From IMG/VR virus record IMGVR_UViG_2537562092_000001, positions 1-29,879 of that record: a stretch of DNA of 29,879 bases, one strand, 5' to 3'. Below are positions 13,677 through 22,048 of the stretch, piece after piece (positions within the stretch are counted from its first letter, which is position 1; each line of letters starts with the position of its first letter). The translations under genes were made by a program, and so were the position numbers. The stretch is from a virus. Lineage: Duplodnaviria; Heunggongvirae; Uroviricota; Caudoviricetes. A model generated the notes under the pieces. It did not search any database. It was not told the origin of the DNA and saw only the letters and a list, made by a program, of their open reading frames with translations.

Positions 13677-14348
13677 TTAATAACCAATTATTTCTCGCAC
13701 ATACTTCAAATGTAGCAGTGCCCGTTGCAAGGCATTGTCTGCATTTCCTGCACGAATCGCCTCAATAATTGCTTTATGCTGTTGATTAAGTTTGATAAGT
13801 ACATTCTTATCGCCGGAACGTTTATCCAGCCCAGCATAAGGTATATTGACACGCTGCTCCCAAAGCATCCGTGACATATCTAACAACACCCTATTATGGC
13901 TGGCTTCAGAAATGGTCAGATGAAACTGCTTATCAAGCATATAAAATTCAGCCACATTATTTTCATGAATGGAATTTTCCATTCGGAAATGGAGTAACTC
14001 AATTTTATTAATTATTGTTTCATTATTAGCCAGTGCTGCAAGTCGGGCACAATGACTATCAACTAAATCACGGACATAAAGAATTTCTTCGATAGTGTAA
14101 TCGACTGGAGAGTGTTTATTATCACTGACAATAATCCCATTACCAGACTGAATAATAATCCAGCCAGATATCTCAAGAACAATAAGAGCTTCTCTCAGCG
14201 ATGAACGACTAACTCCCAGTTGTTTCGCCAGCTCACGCTCTGGAGGTAAAAAACTACCTGGCGGAAAGACATTATCATTGATGAGCTTAATAATAAGATT
14301 CGCTATCTTTTGATAGAGCCTTTCCTGTTTAATTTCTGGAATTAACAT
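13677..14348 (-). CDS. GntR-family transcriptional regulator (N-terminal wHTH, FadR/FCD-type C-terminal domain)
   Basis: 223-aa ORF with the GntR HTH signature LPPERELAKQLGVSRSSLREALIVLEISGWI and an alpha-helical C-terminal domain. Strongly AT-rich coding sequence. Confidence 0.8.
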   Translation of the reverse strand: MLIPEIKQERLYQKIANLIIKLINDNVFPPGSFLPPERELAKQLGVSRSSLREALIVLEISGWIIIQSGNGIIVSDNKHSPVDYTIEEILYVRDLVDSHCARLAALANNETIINKIELLHFRMENSIHENNVAEFYMLDKQFHLTISEASHNRVLLDMSRMLWEQRVNIPYAGLDKRSGDKNVLIKLNQQHKAIIEAIRAGNADNALQRALLHLKYVREIIGY

Positions 14349-14395
14349 GTGCCTCCCGCTCGCTTTTATCGTTAGTTATCTGACGAATTATCATA

Positions 14396-14845
14396 TCATA
14401 CTTGGTTCGGATCTACTGGTTTCGCGTGACAATGACGAAAAATCAGCAGTTTGTCATCAGTAGCAGAAAGACGTCTATCCGGTTTCGATCCTGACTTTTG
14501 GCGTAATAAAACGCCCTCCCTTTCTATCAATAGGTTATAGTCAGGATAAAAATCATATTCGTCGACGCCAATATTGTCCGTGACCGAAAACCTTTCACTG
14601 ACTAAGGCTTGGATACGCAAACCAGCCATTTTGTTACGTAGATTTTCGAGAATGATTTTAGCGTGTGATAATTCTGTTTCGACAAACAAAATAATAAATC
14701 CTTCGGCACCATAGAGGAAAACATAAGCACTGATGAGAATATGCTCACAAATCATCGAAGAGAAATTTTTCTGTGTATTACCCTCGGAATTATGTCTATA
14801 ACGATTATTAATTTTCTTGAGGATAATCAATATCCAGCATGGCAA
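14396..14845 (-). CDS. Degenerate GGDEF-domain protein (GAEGF in place of GGEEF), possibly N-terminally truncated
   Basis: YGAEGFIILFVETELSHAKIILENLRNKMAG resembles the GGDEF core (RYGGEEFvvLLPeT.LeeA...aE.lR) with the catalytic motif degenerate. Upstream INNRYRH resembles INDtYGH, and FSVTDNIGV resembles the vSiGva strand. The open frame begins with TTG and lacks the first ~30 residues of a full GGDEF domain. Confidence 0.4.
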   Translation of the reverse strand: MPCWILIILKKINNRYRHNSEGNTQKNFSSMICEHILISAYVFLYGAEGFIILFVETELSHAKIILENLRNKMAGLRIQALVSERFSVTDNIGVDEYDFYPDYNLLIEREGVLLRQKSGSKPDRRLSATDDKLLIFRHCHAKPVDPNQV

Positions 14846-15321
14846 GGGAGAATTGTTTACGTGAGTGCAACGCGATAGAGATTTTCCGCCGCATAATCGT
14901 CAGAATAAAGCGTCGATTTAATAGTTATGTAAGAGAATCTTTACCGTTTCCATGAATGTACCTAAGGTCATTAGTTCTTTTCTGACAGCTTCCGGAAAAT
15001 TTTTATGTAGAGCAGAAGGCGTAACAAGTCTATCCTCCCTCCGCTTCTTTCATTTTCTGGTATTGTGCCGGGGATACGCGTGGCAATTTCCGTGGCCATG
15101 GGGGGGCATCTTACTATACCTACGCTGAAGCGTGTGAAGGTCAGGGTATGATGACATGGTTAAATACTCACGGCCACTGCCTGACCTACTTGAGCAACGT
15201 ACCGAAGCTGCTCAGCCCCGATAAACTAAGAAGCGCAGCGCTATGTTCCTGTCATCCACGACAGTAACCAGGCCCTGCAGAGTACTATGGTACGGTTATC
15301 ATACCGGTTCACCCACGCAAA

Positions 15322-15353
15322 CCAAAAGCACAAAAAACGGTGTTTTCACCGTT
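15322..15353 (-). terminator. Possible rho-independent terminator (minus strand)
   Basis: Hairpin aacggtg-tttt-caccgtt (15336-15353), followed on the minus strand by TTTTGTGCTTTTGG. Confidence 0.35.
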
Positions 15354-15406
15354 GAAAGATAGCTGCTTGCCCGTATCCATAATGAAACCTTCCATGCACT
15401 CAGGAC

Positions 15407-15414
15407 GTTGAATG
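15407..15414. repeat. Target-site duplication GTTGAATG (left copy) of the IS66-family element
   Basis: Identical 8-mer immediately outside both terminal inverted repeats; 8 bp is the duplication size typical of the IS66 family. Confidence 0.8.
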
Positions 15415-15513
15415 GTAAGCATCCGGTGAACTCGCATTGCCGGCCGTTGTGAACCACGCCATTCTGCAGGTTCTTCCTTTATATGCAAAAGAGAGAAAAC
15501 TGATGGCAAAAAA

Positions 15514-15801
15514 ATGACCCCGGCGCAGCGACGCCAGCACTACGACGCCTGGCGCGTCAGCGGCATGTCCCGGACCGCGTATGCCCGGCAACACGGCATC
15601 AACAACAAAACTTTCTGGCATCTCTGCCGCGCCTTCTCCGCTGACGACGCCCGTGGCCCCGCTCCGGCTGATAACAGACCAGCCATCCTGCCGGTCACCC
15701 TCTCCGTCAGTGACACTGCCACCCTGAAACTTCAGTGCGCCTGCGTCACCGCCTCTCCGGCCGGCATCGCCGCCATCATCCGGGAGCTTAACCTGTGCTG
15801 A
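15514..15801 (+). CDS. IS66-family accessory protein TnpA-like (Orf1)
   Basis: 95-aa first ORF of the element, overlapping the start of the next ORF. Assignment is by position. Confidence 0.5.
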   Translation: MTPAQRRQHYDAWRVSGMSRTAYARQHGINNKTFWHLCRAFSADDARGPAPADNRPAILPVTLSVSDTATLKLQCACVTASPAGIAAIIRELNLC

Positions 15802-16133
15802 GCCCTCATTCCCTCTGGCTCGTCCGCGAGCCTGCTGACATACGCGCCGGCATCGACTCCCTGACGCGACTCGCCACTCAGGCCGCCGGGCATCCGCCCC
15901 GGGAAGGCGAAGCCTTCCTCTTCACCGGGAAAAAACGCACCCGCATGAAACTCCTGATGTGGGACCGCCACGGCGTCTGGCTCTGCACCCGCCGCCTGCA
16001 CCAGGGCGCCTTCCGCTGGCCCCGCGACGGCGACACCACCTGGTCGCTCACGGCGGAACAGTTCGCCTGGCTTACCGCCGGCGTTGACTGGCTGCGTCTC
16101 TCTGCCAGCCCCCTGCAGAGGTGGACTGAATAA
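15795..16133 (+). CDS. IS66-family TnpB (Orf2)
   Basis: 112-aa ORF LWLVREPADIRAGIDSLTRLATQAAGHPPREGEAFLFTGKKRTRMKLLMWDRHGVWLCTRRLHQGAFRWP, matching the conserved IS66 Orf2 pattern. GTG start overlaps the tnpA stop. Confidence 0.75.
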   Translation: MLSPHSLWLVREPADIRAGIDSLTRLATQAAGHPPREGEAFLFTGKKRTRMKLLMWDRHGVWLCTRRLHQGAFRWPRDGDTTWSLTAEQFAWLTAGVDWLRLSASPLQRWTE

Positions 16134-16207
16134 CCTCCTGTGCCAGAATCATAATACGGGCAGCTTCTTATCAGGATGTTCCCGCCCGCCTCTGTCATCA
16201 TGGCTGC

Positions 16208-17883
16208 ATGACAGATGACATCCTGAACACCACACAAAACCCCGATGAACTGCGCCGTCTGGCAACAGCGCTGCTGACGGCACAGGCATGCGAATATGAG
16301 CAGCGCCTTCATAACCTGAATACCGTCAACACCACGCTGGAACAGCGCCTCCATAACCTGAATACCGTCACCACCACGCTGGAACAGCGTATCCATGACC
16401 TTAATGCCGCCATGCAGGCAGAAAAAACCGCATATGAACAGCGTATCCGGGAGCTGGAGGAGGCCCTGAAGCTGGCCCACCAGTGGCGCTTCGGGCGTAA
16501 AAGCGAGCGCCTCCCGGCCAGCCAGAAACCACTGGCAGATGAGGACGCGGCCAGCGATGAGGCTGATATCACCCGGCAACTGAGCGACCTGCTGCCGGTG
16601 AAGGAGAAAACCGGGAAGAAGCCGGCCCGTCACCCCCTGCCGGCACACCTGCCGCGACAGGAAACCGTACTCATGCCTGAGACCGGTAGCACCTGTCCGG
16701 ACTGCGGAAGTGAAATGCGACATATCCGCGACGAGGTGAATGAGGTGCTGGAGTATGTACCGGCACACTTCGTGGTGAAACGGACCGTGAGACCGCAGTA
16801 CAGTTGCCCGTGCTGCGACACGGTGCACAGTGCCGTGCTGCCGCCGGCAGTCATCGACAAAGGGCAGCCGGGTCCGGGTCTGCTGGCGCAGGTGGTGACC
16901 GCGAAGGTGCTGGATCACCTGTCACTGCAGCGGCAGCAGAAGATATACGCCCGTGAAGGGGTACAGTTGCCGGAAAGCACGCTGACGGACTGGTTCGGGC
17001 CGACGGCGGCGGTGCTGTCGCCGCTGGCGGCAGCCCTGAAACGTGACCTGCTCAGGCAACCGGTGCTGCAGGCGGACGAGACGCCGCTGCAGATACTGGA
17101 TACGCGGAAAGGGAAAGTCCGGAAAGGGTACCTGTGAGCATACGTGAGTGCGGCGGGCAGTGCCCGGGACATCGTGGTGTACGACTGCCGTCCGGGGCGT
17201 GCGGGGCAGTATGCGTGTGAGATGCTGAGCGGGTGGTCGGGGACTCTGGTGGCTGACGGTTATGCCGGTTACCGGGCGCTGTTCCGTGACGGGCAGGAAG
17301 GGGCCCCTCCGGCGGCACCGGGTATCTGTGAGGCGGGGTGCATGGCGCACGTGCGCAGAAAGTTCATGGAGCTGTACAGAATGAACGGCAGTCCGGGGGC
17401 GAAGGAGGCGCTGAAACAGATACGGGCGCTGTATATCCTGGAGCAGACCATCCGGCAGCGTCCGGCAGAGCAGAAATGGCGATGGCGACGGCGGTACGCG
17501 AAGCCGCAGATGGAGGCGTTCCACAGCTGGCTGAGGGCGACGGAAAAGACGAGCGCGCCGGGTGGCAGGCTGCACGGTGCGGTGACGTATGCCCTGAAGC
17601 GTTGGCCGGCGCTGGAAACATACCTGAATGACGGACGGGTACCGCTGGACAACAACCGGAGTGAGTAGATGATGCGTCCGGTGGCGCAGGGGCGGAAGTC
17701 ATGGCTGTTCGCGGGTTCGCTGCGGGAGGAGAGCGGCTGGCGGAGCTGCTGACGCTGCTGCACACGGCGAGGCTGAACGGTCTGGAGCCAGTAGTCTGGC
17801 TGCGTGATGTGCTGGAGAAGCTGCCGTCATGGCCGGCGTCCCGGCTGGATGAACTGCTGCCTTACCGCCATCCGGCGGACTGA
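16208..17883 (+). pseudogene. IS66-family transposase TnpC, disrupted by two in-frame nonsense codons and a frameshift
   Basis: In-frame TGA at 17135-17137 (...KGYL*AYVS..., where TGG Trp is expected in the conserved GYLW motif), in-frame TAG at 17666-17668 (DNNRSE*MMRP), then a frameshift near 17700-17730 before the conserved C-terminus ...GERLAELLTLLHTARLNGLEPVVWLRDVLEKLP. Zinc-ribbon-like CPDCG...CPCC and the DDE region are recognisable. Confidence 0.8.
16298..16410 (+). repeat. 42-bp tandem repeat (about 2.5 copies) inside tnpC
   Basis: gagcagcgccttcataacctgaataccgtcaacaccacgctg, then gaacagcgcctccataacctgaataccgtcaccaccacgctg, then a partial third copy; encodes EQRLHNLNTV(N/T)TTL repeated. 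Confidence 0.7.
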
Positions 17884-17938
17884 ATACGCCCTGCCATAAC
17901 GCCGGTGATCGCGCCATGCGAGTTCACCGGATGCTTAC

Positions 17939-17946
17939 GTTGAATG
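17939..17946. repeat. Target-site duplication GTTGAATG (right copy) of the IS66-family element
   Basis: See left copy. Confidence 0.8.
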
Positions 17947-18182
17947 TACGTTTTTGGGATTTACTGACGGATATGAATAACCGGCCCATGAAGGAGTACG
18001 GCAAAACCAGCGCAGAACACTTCCGTATGCGCTCATTTGGGGCGGGATTTGCACAGTATTCAGCTTCCAGAATCTGTACACTTTTCCACTCACACAGCTT
18101 CCTCAAAATACAGCCTATTGCTCTACGCTTCTCTCTGTAGAACACCTGTCTTCGGTATTTTGGCGCAAAAACTATGTGATAT

Positions 18183-18925
18183 TTACAGTTCCAAGCGGCT
18201 CGTTGCCATTCGCCAGTCCTTCAACGGAATCGTCCATTTCTGGGACGCAGACTGGATTGCCAGCCACACCACTTTTTTCACCGAGTCGTCTGTCGGGAAC
18301 ACTTTACGCTTTTTGATCGCATGGCGGATCACGCTGTTTAGCGACTCGATGGCATTCGTCGTATAGATCACTTTGCGGATGTCCGTTGGATAAGCGAAGA
18401 ACGTGGCAAGATTCGGCCAGTTAGCCTGCCAGCTTCGGCTGTCAGCGCCGGTGAAACATCTGCGTCATACAGTTCTTTGAACGCAGCAGCTATCTCACGA
18501 GTGGTCATCCCTTTGGCATACAACGAGAGGATCTGGTTATCCATCCCGGTAATACGGGTCTGATTTTTCTTTACCAGTTGTGGTTCGAAGGTACCGTCAC
18601 GATCGCGCGGAGTACGCAGTTCCAGTGGACCGTCGCCTGTGATAACGGTCTTTGTGGAATAACCGTTGCGGGAGTTAGCTCCTAGTCTGGGCTGATTTTT
18701 CTCATACCCAAGATGGTGTGTCATCTCAGCATTGAGAGCGGCTTCAACGCTGAGCTTTTTCAGCAGCCGATCAAACTGACTGAGGTCTTCAGAGGTTTTG
18801 AGGTTTTTGGCCAGTTCGTTAGCCAGAGCCTGTAACTGTTTTTCATCCATAAATTAACCTTCATATGATGCTGGATTGAACATATCAAAATCAGGCGATT
18901 ACACAAATCTATGTACAGGTTCAGC
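18183..18925 (-). pseudogene. IS256-family transposase, internally deleted and frameshifted
   Basis: N-terminal part (18368-18850) ...HHLGYEKNQPRLGANSRNGYSTKTVITGDGPLELRTPRDRDGTFEPQLVKKNQTRITGMDNQILSLYAKGMTTREIAAAFKELYDADVSPAL joins directly, in a different frame, to the C-terminal part (WQANWPNLATFFAYPTDIRKVIYTTNAIESLNSVIRHAIKKRKVFPTDDS...KWTIPLKDWRMATSR). The central DDE core is missing. Confidence 0.65.
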
Positions 18926-18990
18926 CGCTTTATTATCGAGTTCGGTGACCGCCAGGACGGTCACTTCTGAGAAAAGGCATTTACACAGAA
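18926..18990 (+). mobile_element. IS256-family 3' end fragment (last codons plus terminal repeat), opposite orientation to the adjacent copy
   Basis: gccgctttattatcgagttcggtgaccgccaggacggtcacttctgagaaaaggcatttacacagaatcttaaacag encodes the SRFIIEFGDRQDGHF* terminus and is homologous to 7166-7240. It begins at the same codon where the minus-strand copy ends. Confidence 0.45.
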
Positions 18991-19645
18991 TCTTAAACAG
19001 GTTCACGCAGCACTGGCGTCAGGGCATTGATTGTCGCTTTCACTGATTTGCTCCGGTTTCCCGTGGTCAGACTGCGCACTTTCTCCTTCAGCCTGTTCAC
19101 ACTCGTCAGGGCTATTTTCAGCTTCAACTGTTTGTGCCATGTCATACTGTACCCGAGGAACTTCTGCTCCCACGGGCGCGCCACCGCGCTCTTCTTCTCA
19201 TTCACTTTCTGCTTCAGTTTGTTCTCTACGACGTCCTGATACCATGCAGCAATGGCCGCCCTGCGGCATGCCTTCCTGCCATTTCTCTCTTTGCCCGTCC
19301 CGGACTATTTCCTCTTTCAAGTAGCGGCGTATCAGCCTCAGCACCCGCCTGTCCTTTATCGTACTGGCCAGACGCGTCATCAGGAGTCTGTGATCCACAC
19401 GGTCGAAGAACTTCTCCAGATTTATATCCACCACCCACCGTTTGCTGCCCCGTATATAATGCTGTGCCTATTGCACTGCCTGCCATACGTTGCGTCCCAG
19501 CCGGAAACCGTGCCTAGAGTCTGAGAAGCTTTTGTCCACGATGGCGCTTAAATGTTGCGCTATAGCTATAGCCTGCTGGATAGGCCTATCCACCACTGTC
19601 GGGATGCCTAAGGTTCTCACGCCGCCATCATGCAGCTCTGACGGA
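18991..19645 (-). pseudogene. Group II intron-encoded reverse transcriptase/maturase fragment
   Basis: Pieces in two reading frames: ...HDGGVRTLGIPTVVDRPIQQAIAIAQHLSAIVDKSFSDSRHGFRLGRN (RT domains 1-2), ...DINLEKFFDRVDHRLLMTRLASTIKDRRVLRLIRRYLKEEIV...EGMPQGG (RT domains 3-4), ...RPWEQKFLGYSMTWHKQLKLKIALTSVNRLKEKVRSLT (thumb/X region). Both ends are cut by IS sequences. Confidence 0.7.
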
Positions 19646-19868
19646 TGAGGTAGCCTGAGTTTAACGGACACTCCTTCCTGAAATAGAATGGCATCAGAAG
19701 GAGCTAATAATGAGCAGAAAAACCCAACGTTACTCTAAAGAGTTCAAAGCGGAAGCTGTCAGAACGGTTCTTGAAAATCAACTTTCGATCAGTGAAGGCG
19801 CTTCCCGATTATCTCTTCCTGAAGGCACTTTAGGACAATGGGTTACCGCCGCCAGAAAAGGGCTCGGT
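19646..19868 (+). mobile_element. IS3-family (IS600-like) left end plus 5' orfA fragment
   Basis: Terminus TGAGGTAGCCTGAGTTTAACGGACAC at 19646, then orfA start at 19710 (MSRKTQRYSKEFKAEAVRTVLENQLSISEGASRLSLPEGTLGQWVTAARKGLG). IS-type sequence ends at about 19868, where the frame continues into unrelated coding sequence. Confidence 0.6.
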
Positions 19869-20072
19869 AAGAGTCAGCAATTACGCCAGCGTGTAGCCGC
19901 TGAGACAGATCCAATTCGCGCAGCATTCCTCTTGGGGCAGATTAGCAAACAGGTAAGCCTTGCTCCAAAACCAAAGAAAGCCATCAAGCCAGAGCCGGAA
20001 GTACGTGGTGGCGGTGCTGATGCGAAACAAGACGAATTCAACAAATTATGCCCCGGCGCAAAAATCGAATAA
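19869..20072 (+). pseudogene. 3' fragment of the phage gene upstream of coat (possibly scaffolding protein), fused to the IS fragment
   Basis: Only one open frame exists here (...ISKQVSLAPKPKKAIKPEPEVRGGGADAKQDEFNKL...), ending 11 bp before the coat start. Scaffold identity is inferred only from P22-like gene order. Confidence 0.3.
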
Positions 20073-20083
20073 GGAAAAGATAA

Positions 20084-21355
20084 ATGCCTAACAATCTCGA
20101 CAGTAACGTCAGTCAAATCGTTCTGAAAAAATTCCTTCCGGGTTTTATGTCAGATTTAGTTCTGGCGAAAACCGTAGACCGTCAGTTGCTGGCAGGTGAA
20201 ATCAACTCCAGCACTGGCGATAGCGTTAGCTTTAAACGTCCGCATCAATTCTCATCCCTCCGTACTCCCACTGGTGATATTTCAGGGCAAAATAAAAACA
20301 ACCTGATCTCAGGTAAAGCTACGGGGCGTGTAGGTAACTACATCACTGTTGCTGTTGAATATCAGCAACTGGAGGAAGCGATCAAGCTTAACCAGCTGGA
20401 AGAAATTCTCGCGCCGGTTCGCCAGCGAATCGTTACCGACCTTGAAACAGAGCTTGCTCACTTCATGATGAATAACGGTGCGTTGTCACTTGGTAGCCCC
20501 AATACTCCAATCACCAAATGGTCTGATGTTGCGCAGACGGCATCTTTCCTGAAAGACCTCGGCGTTAATGAAGGTGAAAACTATGCTGTAATGGATCCAT
20601 GGTCTGCACAGCGACTTGCTGATGCGCAGACTGGTTTGCACGCTTCAGATCAATTGGTTCGTACTGCATGGGAGAATGCACAGATCCCAACCAATTTTGG
20701 CGGCATTCGCGCACTGATGTCTAATGGGCTTGCCTCTCGTACGCAGGGGGCATTTGGCGGAACACTGACAGTCAAAACACAGCCAAATGTTACCTATAAC
20801 GCAGTTAAAGACTCATACCAGTTCACTGTAACATTGACCGGAGCGACAGCCAGCGTTACAGGTTTTCTGAAAGCTGGTGATCAGGTTAAATTCACCAATA
20901 CCTACTGGCTGCAACAGCAGACCAAACAGGCGTTGTATAACGGAGCCACACCAATTAGCTTCACTGCAACGGTTACTGCTGATGCTGATTCAGACGGCAG
21001 TGGCGATGTGACGGTTACGCTTTCTGGTGTTCCGATTTATGACACTACAAACCCGCAGTACAACTCTGTAAGTCGTCAGGTAGCGGCAGGCGATGCCGTA
21101 TCTGTAGTAGGCACTGCTAGCCAGACAATGAAGCCAAACCTGTTCTATAACAAGTTCTTCTGTGGACTTGGCTCTATCCCACTGCCGAAACTGCACAGTA
21201 TTGATTCTGCTGTTGCAACATATGAAGGTTTCTCCATCCGCGTACATAAATACGCAGATGGCGATGCCAACGTGCAAAAAATGCGCTTCGACTTACTGCC
21301 TGCATATGTGTGCTTTAACCCTCACATGGGCGGTCAGTTCTTCGGTAATCCGTAA
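20084..21355 (+). CDS. Major capsid (coat) protein, P22/Sf6-like
   Basis: 423-aa ORF directly upstream of gp4- and gp10-like genes. The size matches the Sf6-type coat. It does not match the P22 gp5 sequence as I recall it, so the call rests on synteny and size. Confidence 0.65.
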   Translation: MPNNLDSNVSQIVLKKFLPGFMSDLVLAKTVDRQLLAGEINSSTGDSVSFKRPHQFSSLRTPTGDISGQNKNNLISGKATGRVGNYITVAVEYQQLEEAIKLNQLEEILAPVRQRIVTDLETELAHFMMNNGALSLGSPNTPITKWSDVAQTASFLKDLGVNEGENYAVMDPWSAQRLADAQTGLHASDQLVRTAWENAQIPTNFGGIRALMSNGLASRTQGAFGGTLTVKTQPNVTYNAVKDSYQFTVTLTGATASVTGFLKAGDQVKFTNTYWLQQQTKQALYNGATPISFTATVTADADSDGSGDVTVTLSGVPIYDTTNPQYNSVSRQVAAGDAVSVVGTASQTMKPNLFYNKFFCGLGSIPLPKLHSIDSAVATYEGFSIRVHKYADGDANVQKMRFDLLPAYVCFNPHMGGQFFGNP

Positions 21356-21397
21356 TAACAAGGGGCTTACGCCCCTTTTATGTTTTAAGGAAACAAT

Positions 21398-21583
21398 ATG
21401 GATCGCATGAGTGTATTCCTTGCCGCAGATAACGAATCCGGGCATGTACAGGCCGTTATCGCAGAAAAAGACTTCCAGTTTTTCGAAAAGTTGGGCTTTG
21501 TTGCCTCAGTTGATGAATTGAAACCGACCAGTAAGCGAGCTCGTAAGGCGGCAGACAATGGCAACAGTACTGACAAAGGGTGA
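21398..21583 (+). CDS. Small hypothetical phage protein between coat and gp4-like genes
   Basis: 61-aa ORF with a plausible RBS (aaggaaacaatATG); overlaps the gp4-like start by 26 nt. Coding status uncertain. Confidence 0.35.
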   Translation: MDRMSVFLAADNESGHVQAVIAEKDFQFFEKLGFVASVDELKPTSKRARKAADNGNSTDKG

Positions 21584-22040
21584 GATCGTCCTTTTTGCGC
21601 TTCGTAAGTTTGCTATTGCTTCTAATGCATCGCTGACTGATGTTGAGCCGCAATCAATTGAAGATGGTGTAAATGATCTGGAAGATATGATGTCCGAGTG
21701 GATGATTAACCCCGGCGACATTGGTTACGCTTTCGCAACTGGAGATGAGCAGCCATTACCAGATGATGAGTCAGGTCTTCCAAGAAAATACAAACACGCA
21801 GTAGGCTATCAGTTATTGCTGAGAATGCTATCTGATTACAGCCTTGAACCAACTCCGCAAGTTCTCAGTAACGCCCAACGCTCATATGATGCCTTGATGA
21901 CCGACACTCTGGTTGTTCCTTCAATGCGACGACGTGGAGATTTTCCTGTAGGGCAGGGTAATAAATATGACGTGTTCACATCTGACCGATATTATCCAGG
22001 CGATCTCCCTCTGATTGATGGCGATATCCCAAACGCATAG
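21558..22040 (+). CDS. Head-completion/tail-adaptor protein, P22 gp4-like
   Basis: 160-aa ORF ...[42 protein letters not shown], matching the recalled P22 gp4 N-terminus (..[20 protein letters not shown]..). Confidence 0.8.
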   Translation: [160 protein letters not shown]

Positions 22041-22048
22041 GTGAATAA

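Larger units (their letters stand above)
15415..17938 (+). mobile_element. IS66-family insertion sequence (2524 bp) flanked by a perfect 8-bp target-site duplication
   Basis: Perfect 23-bp terminal inverted repeats GTAAGCATCCGGTGAACTCGCAT at 15415 and, as reverse complement, ending at 17938. Identical 8-bp direct repeats GTTGAATG at 15407-15414 and 17939-17946. Three-ORF tnpA/tnpB/tnpC organisation. Confidence 0.85.

Noticed and set aside
15878-17917. Long minus-strand ORFs (346 aa at 15878-16918, 217 aa at 16922-17575, and others)
   Set aside because: Antisense to the GC-rich IS66-family tnpB/tnpC; long open antisense frames are expected in high-GC sequence, and the translations are Arg/Pro-rich without motifs.
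20084-21355. Identification of the coat protein as P22 gp5 specifically
   Set aside because: The translation does not match the P22 coat sequence as I recall it; the 423-aa length and gene context point to an Sf6-type coat, so only the generic call is made.
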